Source of the DNA: an uncultured Planctomycetota bacterium
Lineage (GTDB): Bacteria > Planctomycetota > PLA2 > JAEUHO01
Direction of reading: 5' to 3'
Assembly (NCBI GenBank): GCA_963772585.1
Contig: CAVYXV010000009.1
Span: forward strand, 91,760 to 155,759
Length of the DNA: 64,000 nt
The notes below the pieces were generated by a model. The model did no database searches. It was not told the DNA's origin and saw only the letters and a program-made list of their open reading frames with translations. Shown piece by piece: positions 57,930 to 64,000 of this stretch. A program made the translations under genes and the position numbers. Position 1 is the stretch's first letter; the number at the start of each line of letters is the position of its first letter.

Positions 57930-58319
57930 GTGGCGAAGGCCCTGCTCCTCGCGCTGGCGCTGCTCGCGGCGGCCGCCGTGGCGTGGTTCGTGGTCCAAGG
58001 CCGCGGCGGCGAACCCCCGCCGCCCGTCGGTGCGCGGGCCCGCGGCACGGATCCCTCGCCGGCGCCGAGCGGGGGGCTGCGGGGCCGTGGCGAAGCCCCC
58101 ACGACGAGTCGCTCCGGCGCGAGCGAAGGGCGCTTCGTGCTCCGCGGCCGGGTCGAGGACGCGCACGACCTTCCCTTGGCCGGCGTGTCCGTGCGCGTGG
58201 TCCACGCGACCGGCCCGGCCTTCTCGACCGACGCCTACCGGCGCGTCCAGGAGGCCATGGGCGCCACGCACGTCGAGCGCGCCGGACGCGACGGCGACGT
58301 CACGCTTCGAGGGCGGTGA
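57930..58319 (+). pseudogene. Probably truncated carboxypeptidase-regulatory-like domain protein
   Basis: N-terminal anchor, linker, then LRGRVEDAHDLPLAGVSV...DG.VTL; stops inside the 3' end of the convergent cobB. Confidence 0.45.
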
Positions 58320-59049
58320 GCAGGACGGGGAGGATCTCGCCGGCCCGGGCCTCCAGGCGGTGGTGCGCGAGGGGGCTCAGGGGGGTCGGGGTGGGGTTCA
58401 CCTCGACGAGGGTCGCGCCGGCCCGGTGCGCGACCTGGGGAATCGCGGCCGCGGGATGGACGAGGGAGGAGGTGCCCACGCTCAGGAAGACGTCGGCGGC
58501 CTGGGCCGCTTCGAGGGCCCGGGCGAGCTCGCGGTGGGGGAGCGGCTCGCCGAACCAGACCACGTCGGGGCGGAGCAGGCCGCCGCACGCCGGGCAGCGC
58601 GGGGGAACCGGACCGGACTCGTCGGAGGAGGCGGCCACCCTCTCGCACGCGTGGCAGCGGGTGCGGAGGAGGTTTCCGTGGAGCTCCAGCACGTCCTCGC
58701 TGCCCGCCCTCCGGTGGAGCGCGTCCACGTTCTGGGTGATCAGGGTGAACGCCTCGTAGTGCCGCGCCATGGCGGCGAGCGCGTGGTGGGCGGGATTCGG
58801 GGCCGCGCGGGAGACCAGCTCCCGGCGCCAGGCGTACCAGTTCCAGACGAGCGCCGGGTTCCTCTCGAACGCCTCGGGGGTCGCGAGCTCCAGGGGGTCG
58901 TAGCGTGCCCAGAGCCCGGTCATCGCGTCCCGGAAGGTCGGGACGCCGGACTCCGCGGAGACCCCGGCCCCGGTCAGGACGGCCACCTGGCGCGCCGCCC
59001 GCAGCGCCTCGAGGAGGCCTTGCGGGATCCGGACGGTCCCCTCGCTCAC
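58300..59049 (-). CDS. cobB: NAD-dependent protein deacylase (sirtuin)
   Basis: LTGAGVSAESGVPTFR, ITQNVD.LH, ELHGN, two CxxC motifs and RPDVVWFGE. Confidence 0.95.
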   Translation of the reverse strand: MSEGTVRIPQGLLEALRAARQVAVLTGAGVSAESGVPTFRDAMTGLWARYDPLELATPEAFERNPALVWNWYAWRRELVSRAAPNPAHHALAAMARHYEAFTLITQNVDALHRRAGSEDVLELHGNLLRTRCHACERVAASSDESGPVPPRCPACGGLLRPDVVWFGEPLPHRELARALEAAQAADVFLSVGTSSLVHPAAAIPQVAHRAGATLVEVNPTPTPLSPLAHHRLEARAGEILPVLLTALEA

Positions 59050-60014
59050 CGCTCCAGCCGGCCCAGGTGCACCACCGCGTCGCCCCGCTGCACGATCGCG
59101 GTGTTCGACTTCCCGATGACGAGGCCGGCGAAGGGTGCCCGCAGGTCGCTCGGGCCGTGGCCGTACGGGTCCGCCACGACGCCGAGGGGTTGGTTCTTGT
59201 TCACCCGGGCGCCCAGCCGGACGCCGAGCCGGAGCATCCCCGCCCGGCGTGCGCGGATCCACGAGGAGGAGCGGAGGACCTCGCCGTGCGACTTCGGCGC
59301 GATCGCCCCCTTTCGTCCGGTCATGTCCAGCGCGCGCATGACGCGCAGGACGCCGCGCACGCCGACGTCCACGGCCTCGCCGCCGAGCCGCCGCGGCTCG
59401 CCGGCTTCGTAGACGAAGGCCGGGATGCCGAGCTTGGCGGCGGCGGCGCGGAGCGTGCCGTCCGACGGGACCGTGTGGAGCAGCGCGGGGGCGCCGAACA
59501 GGTGCGCGAGGCGCTCGACCTCCGGATCGTCGAGGTTCGCGCGCACCTGCGGCATGTTCTCGCGTTCGAGGGAACCGGTGTGGAGGTCGATCCCGTGCGT
59601 CGCGCGCTCGACGACCTCCTTCCGGAAGAAGTGGGCGATCCGGGCCGCGAGGCTCCCGCCGGGAGAACCCGGGAAGCTGCGGTTCAGGTCGCGCCGATCC
59701 GGCAGGTAGCGCGACTGCTGGATGAAGCCGAACACGTTGACGACGTGGGCGGCCAGGAGCGTCCCGCGGAGGGGCTTCGTCCGGAGGAACTCCAGCACCC
59801 TCCGGATGATCTCGATGCCGTTCAGCTCGTCGCCGTGCAGCGCGGCGCTCAACCAGAGACGAGGGCCGGGCTTGCGGCCGTGGACCACCGTGACCGGGAC
59901 GTCGAGGGGTGTTCCGGTGGGAAGACTGGCGACGCGGAGATCCACCCGCGTGCTCGTTCCCGGGGGAACGACCCGGCCGGCGATCGTGAACGGTTCAGCC
60001 CTTGATGCGGTCAC
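59046..60014 (-). CDS. Succinylglutamate desuccinylase/aspartoacylase (M14-like) family protein
   Basis: [24 protein letters not shown] and YEAGE motifs. Confidence 0.92.
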   Translation of the reverse strand: MTASRAEPFTIAGRVVPPGTSTRVDLRVASLPTGTPLDVPVTVVHGRKPGPRLWLSAALHGDELNGIEIIRRVLEFLRTKPLRGTLLAAHVVNVFGFIQQSRYLPDRRDLNRSFPGSPGGSLAARIAHFFRKEVVERATHGIDLHTGSLERENMPQVRANLDDPEVERLAHLFGAPALLHTVPSDGTLRAAAAKLGIPAFVYEAGEPRRLGGEAVDVGVRGVLRVMRALDMTGRKGAIAPKSHGEVLRSSSWIRARRAGMLRLGVRLGARVNKNQPLGVVADPYGHGPSDLRAPFAGLVIGKSNTAIVQRGDAVVHLGRLER

Positions 60015-60900
60015 GCGTCTTCCCGGGGGCGGCATTCTTCTCGATGTGCTCGATGATCGCACCGGCCACGTCCACGCCGGTGGACTTCTCGATGCCTTCG
60101 AGGCCCGGCGAGGCGTTGACCTCCATGACCACGGGGCCGTGGTTGGAGCGGAGCAGGTCCACGCCCGAGACCCTGAGCCCCATCGACTTCGAGGCGCGGA
60201 CGGCCGTGCTCCGCTCCTCCGGCGTCAACCTCACCTTCGCCGCCGTGCCGCCCCGGTGGAGATTGGAGCGGAACTCCCCGGGGGCGCCCTGGCGGAGCAT
60301 GGACGCCACGATCTTGTCCCCGACGACGAAGGCGCGGATGTCGGCCCCCTTGGCCTCCTTGATGAACTCCTGGACGAGGATGTTCGCGTCGAGGCCGCGG
60401 AAGGCCTCGATGACCGACTCGGCCGCCTTGTCCGTTTCGCAGAGCACCACGCCGATGCCCTGCGTGCCCTCGGTGAGCTTCACCACCAGCGGCGCGCCGC
60501 CGACCAGGTCGATCACGCCGCGCACATCCTTCGTGGAGTGGGCGAAGCCGGTGACGGGCAGGCCGATTCCCTTGCGCGCCAGGAGTTGCATGCACCTGAG
60601 CTTGTCGCGCGAGCGCGCGAGCGCCTGCGACTCGTTCACCGCGAAGACCCCCATCATCTCGAATTGCCGGACGACGGCGTTTCCGTAGAAGCTGTAGGAG
60701 GCGCCGATGCGCGGGATCACCGCATCGACGTGCTCGATCTCGTCGCCCGCGTAGACGATCGCGGGTCGGTGGGAGGTGATGTTCATGTAGCAGCGCAGGT
60801 AGTCGATCACCCGCGCGTCGTGTCCACGTTCCTGGGCGGCTTCGAGGAGGCGCCGCGTGCTGTAGAGTGACCGGTTGCGCGAGAGGATCATGATCTTCAT
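59995..60900 (-). CDS. rimK: RimK family alpha-L-glutamate ligase
   Basis: [30 protein letters not shown] and [12 protein letters not shown] motifs. Confidence 0.96.
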   Translation of the reverse strand: MKIMILSRNRSLYSTRRLLEAAQERGHDARVIDYLRCYMNITSHRPAIVYAGDEIEHVDAVIPRIGASYSFYGNAVVRQFEMMGVFAVNESQALARSRDKLRCMQLLARKGIGLPVTGFAHSTKDVRGVIDLVGGAPLVVKLTEGTQGIGVVLCETDKAAESVIEAFRGLDANILVQEFIKEAKGADIRAFVVGDKIVASMLRQGAPGEFRSNLHRGGTAAKVRLTPEERSTAVRASKSMGLRVSGVDLLRSNHGPVVMEVNASPGLEGIEKSTGVDVAGAIIEHIEKNAAPGKTRDRIKG

Positions 60901-60920
60901 CGGTCGTTCTCCGGGCCCGC

Positions 60921-61385
60921 CTACGTGGCGAGCGGGGGCATCTCGGGTTTCCCGCCGTAGTAGGAGCGCGCGGGATCGACGTGGAAGCGACGGCGGAGCG
61001 CACGCCGGCCCAGCAGCATGCGAAATCCCATCGCGTCGCGCCGCGTCAAGGTGATCTCGATCGGAAACGCGCCCCCCAGGACCTCGACCATGGCCAGGAT
61101 CACCGGCCGATGTTGCTGTTCCCCCGTGGAGCTGCGGACGTGCCGTTCACCGACGAGGGGGGCCTCGGCCGTCACCGTCGTGCGGGTGTCCCGTTGGATC
61201 GGGTGGACCTTGAACCGGGCGAAGCGCTCCCCGTCTCGTTCGAAGACGCGGACGTCGTACGCGTGGAGCACGGAGGTCCGGGCCCCGGTATCCACCTTCG
61301 CCTTGATGAAGGCGATGCCGAGGTCGGGCAGCGAGACCCACTCTCGCCACCCCACGATGGGACGGGGCAAGGGATTCTTCCTCAC
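60921..61385 (-). CDS. RimK-associated retropepsin-like protease (RimB; often annotated ATP-dependent zinc protease)
   Basis: [22 protein letters not shown] and MGFRMLLGR motifs. Confidence 0.92.
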   Translation of the reverse strand: MRKNPLPRPIVGWREWVSLPDLGIAFIKAKVDTGARTSVLHAYDVRVFERDGERFARFKVHPIQRDTRTTVTAEAPLVGERHVRSSTGEQQHRPVILAMVEVLGGAFPIEITLTRRDAMGFRMLLGRRALRRRFHVDPARSYYGGKPEMPPLAT

Positions 61386-61437
61386 GAGTCGCAGAGACTA
61401 AACGGCGCCCCAGCGGGACCGAAGGGCGAGGTCGCGA

Positions 61438-62487
61438 TCAAGGCCGGCGCCGCAGCACGACGATGGAGCCGCCCCAGCCGGCCCCCTGGATGCGCGCGCC
61501 GAGGACGTCGTCTTCGCCCGAGAGTGCCTGGACCTGGGCGTCGATCGCCGGGGTGGAGCACTCGAAGTCGTCGCGAAGACTCGCGTGGCTCTCCAGCAGG
61601 AGGGCACCCAGCGCCGCGCCGTCGCCCCGCCGGAGCGCTTCGACGCCCCCGTGGACGCGGGCCTGTTCGGTCACGACGTGCCGCGCCCGGCGGAGCGCGG
61701 CACCCCCGAGGACGTCCTCCAGCCAAGGCCGGTCCTCCCCGGTGAGGTCGGTCAGCCGTTCGAGGCCGGGGCGGGCCGCCCGGAGCCGCGCCAGCGCCGC
61801 GGCCAGCTCGCGTTGCCGCTCGGTGTACGGCGTACGGTCGAGCCGGCGGGTGATTCTGGTGGAGACCGGCTCGAAGACGAGACCGTTCGGGATCGGCAGG
61901 GCCTCGTGCGCGAGCGTTCTCGTCTCGAGCCGGACGACCACGCCGGGCCGGCCCACGAGGACCACGGTGGGGTCCATGAGGCCGCACGCGACGCCTCCCC
62001 ACTCGCGCTCGACGGCCGCGACGAGGCGGACGAGGCGCCCGGTGTCTTCCTCGCCGCCGGTGATCGCCGCGACGGCCCTGAAGATCGCCGCGACGTAGGC
62101 CGCGGACGACGCGAGCCCCGCGCCGGCGGGCAGATCGCCCAGGACCGCGAGGTTCAGGCCGGGCAGGCGCTGGCCTTCGGCGCCGAGCCGGGCGAACGCC
62201 CCGCGGACCAGGTCCGCCCAGCGGCGCCCGGAGCGCTGGGGCGTGTCCACGTCGAAGGTGTCGGTCTCCCGCGCGTTCAGCGCGTGGAGGACCACGCGGC
62301 GGTCCGGGCGGATCCCGTAGGCGACGTACACGCCCTGGCCGAGCGTCGTCGCGAGGACCTCGCCTCCCTGGTGGTCCAGGTGCTCGCCCAGCACCACCAG
62401 CCGACCGGGCACGTAGGCCACGCCGCGAGGCTCCGACTCGAATCGGGCCGAGTAGTAGAGCTCGATGCGGGTCCTGGCCGACGGCAT
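61438..62487 (-). CDS. galK: Galactokinase-like GHMP kinase
   Basis: PGR...LGEH.D, P.GAGLASSAA, CGLMD, SHASLRDDFECS and GAR..GAG.GG motifs. Confidence 0.8.
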   Translation of the reverse strand: MPSARTRIELYYSARFESEPRGVAYVPGRLVVLGEHLDHQGGEVLATTLGQGVYVAYGIRPDRRVVLHALNARETDTFDVDTPQRSGRRWADLVRGAFARLGAEGQRLPGLNLAVLGDLPAGAGLASSAAYVAAIFRAVAAITGGEEDTGRLVRLVAAVEREWGGVACGLMDPTVVLVGRPGVVVRLETRTLAHEALPIPNGLVFEPVSTRITRRLDRTPYTERQRELAAALARLRAARPGLERLTDLTGEDRPWLEDVLGGAALRRARHVVTEQARVHGGVEALRRGDGAALGALLLESHASLRDDFECSTPAIDAQVQALSGEDDVLGARIQGAGWGGSIVVLRRRP

Positions 62488-62689
62488 GGTCGGGGCCCGA
62501 GGGTAGCCGCGAACGGCCTCGGGGTCGACCGGCAGGCCGGTCCGGGCGATCCGCGCGTCGTCGGCGGCGCCCTGCTGCGTCTCCGGGATGGGTGGGAGGG
62601 GGCGGCGCGGGGAGGTAGCCTCTGGCCGGCCCGCCACTTCCGGCTGTCCCGTCGCGCATTGCGCGCCCAACGAGGGCTGGTTTCGTCGA

Positions 62690-63328
62690 ATGGACTCCGA
62701 CCTCCGCCACGACCCCATGATCCTCCCCGAGGCGCCGCCGGCCGAGGGCGACGACCTCGATCTCGCGCACCTGGAGCAACTGGCGGCGGGGGTGGTCGGG
62801 ATGCTCCGGGGGATCGGCGAGGATCCGGCGCGGGAAGGCCTCCTTCTCACGCCCCGTCGCGTGGCGAAGAGCCTCGCCTTCATGACGCGCGGGTACCGCA
62901 TGGATCCCGAGGAGATCCTCCGCAACGCCGTCTTCCACAGCGACACCGACGAGATGGTCGTCGTGAAGGACATCGAGCTCTACAGCATGTGCGAACACCA
63001 CATGCTGCCGTTCTTCGGTCGCGCCCACGTCGCGTACATCCCGCGCGGCAAGATCGTCGGGCTCTCGAAGCTGGCGCGCGTCGTGGACGTCTACGCCTGC
63101 CGCCTCCAGGTGCAGGAGCGACTCACCACGCAGGTCGCCCAGGCCATCCAGGACACGCTCGAGCCCCGGGGCGTGGGCGTCCTCATCGAGGCGCAGCACC
63201 TCTGCATGATGATGCGCGGCGTCGCGAAGCAGAACAGCAGCACCGTGACCTCGTGCATGCTGGGCGGCTTCCGCAGCGACCCCAAGACCCGCACCGAGTT
63301 CATGGAGATCCTCAGGCAGGGTCGGTGA
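62690..63328 (+). CDS. folE: GTP cyclohydrolase I
   Basis: [37 protein letters not shown] and HLCMMMRGV motifs. Confidence 0.97.
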   Translation: MDSDLRHDPMILPEAPPAEGDDLDLAHLEQLAAGVVGMLRGIGEDPAREGLLLTPRRVAKSLAFMTRGYRMDPEEILRNAVFHSDTDEMVVVKDIELYSMCEHHMLPFFGRAHVAYIPRGKIVGLSKLARVVDVYACRLQVQERLTTQVAQAIQDTLEPRGVGVLIEAQHLCMMMRGVAKQNSSTVTSCMLGGFRSDPKTRTEFMEILRQGR

Positions 63329-63362
63329 CCGCGCGCGGCGGGGCCACGTCGCCTGCGGGCTC

Positions 63363-63782
63363 TCAGCGGGACCGGGCGGGCGTCCCGTCCTCCACGGGCC
63401 GCCGGTCGGCGAACCCCTGGGAGGCCGTGTGCCACCAGCGGATGTCCTCGTCCCCCGGCTTCCAGCTGTAGAAGGCCGGCTCCCCGCACAGGAGGGTGGG
63501 GAAGTCCACGAGGCCCGTCTCCAGGTCCCTCAGCTCCAGCCCCAGTCCCTCCAGCTCCCGGAGGTAGCGCTCGATCCGCGTGGACGAGACGCCGACGTCC
63601 GCCCGCAGGCGCCGGAGATCGCCGCGCTCGGCCGACTCCAGGAGCGGCTTCGCCTCGAGCTCGCGCTGTCGGCGGCCGCTGTCGCGGAGCGTGTGGAACT
63701 CCTCGACCACGTCCCGCACGATGGACCGGACGAGGGGGAGCACCCGGTTCGCCGCCTCGATCTCGTAGAGCCGTCGCGTCAT
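63363..63782 (-). CDS. DUF2203 family protein
   Basis: EAANRVLPLV...LRDLETGLVDFP...SWKPGDEDI.WWH...GFA.RRP pattern. Confidence 0.88.
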   Translation of the reverse strand: MTRRLYEIEAANRVLPLVRSIVRDVVEEFHTLRDSGRRQRELEAKPLLESAERGDLRRLRADVGVSSTRIERYLRELEGLGLELRDLETGLVDFPTLLCGEPAFYSWKPGDEDIRWWHTASQGFADRRPVEDGTPARSR

Positions 63783-63871
63783 CGCCACCCTCCTGCCACC
63801 GATCGCCTCCTCAGGGGTAATCGGGTGGAGGGACGCCCATCGTGAGCCACGTCTCGGGGCAAAGGCGGCGA

Positions 63872-64000
63872 TCACGCCACGTGGACGATGACCGCGGGGT
63901 GCACCGTGTCCCGCAAGAGGCGCTGCACGAGGGCCGCGGCGCTGTACGGCGTCAGCACGGCGCCCTCGATGGCGCTTCCGAGCTTGAGCGCGACGGTGTC
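63872..64000 (-). CDS. C-terminal end of an unidentified gene running off the window
   Basis: Open frame ...DTVALKLGSAIEGAVLTPYSAAALVQRLLRDTVHPAVIVHVA* with GC-rich third positions. Confidence 0.5.
   Translation of the reverse strand, partial: DTVALKLGSAIEGAVLTPYSAAALVQRLLRDTVHPAVIVHVA

Overview
Very GC-rich bacterial chromosomal segment. The gene content (TIGR02999-type ECF sigma factor coupled to a Ser/Thr kinase, many Cys-Gly-rich lipoproteins, DUF6569 protein) suggests Planctomycetota; this is an inference. About 50 genes, mostly housekeeping or accessory metabolism: pgi, eno, a GH65 phosphorylase, an acyl-ACP desaturase, queC, folE, NSS and NRAMP transporters, a CzcCBA-type efflux operon, malic enzyme, a NodIJ-type ABC exporter, a 2-oxoacid dehydrogenase operon with two E1-alpha genes, tRNA-Leu(TAG), a two-component system, rimB-rimK-astE-cobB and a galK-like gene. 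No integrase, transposase, CRISPR array or rRNA was seen. Most notable: (1) an archaeal-adenylate-kinase-like plus nucleoside-deoxyribosyltransferase-like fusion directly downstream of queC; (2) a ~240 bp palindromic non-coding element present twice, 33 kb apart; (3) matching CTGAC direct-repeat promoters that point to the regulon of the two-component system; (4) a Cys-rich leader ORF ahead of the metal efflux operon; (5) several decayed genes and apparently leaderless transcripts. All family assignments come from motif recognition by eye, not from database searches, and start codons were chosen by hand.
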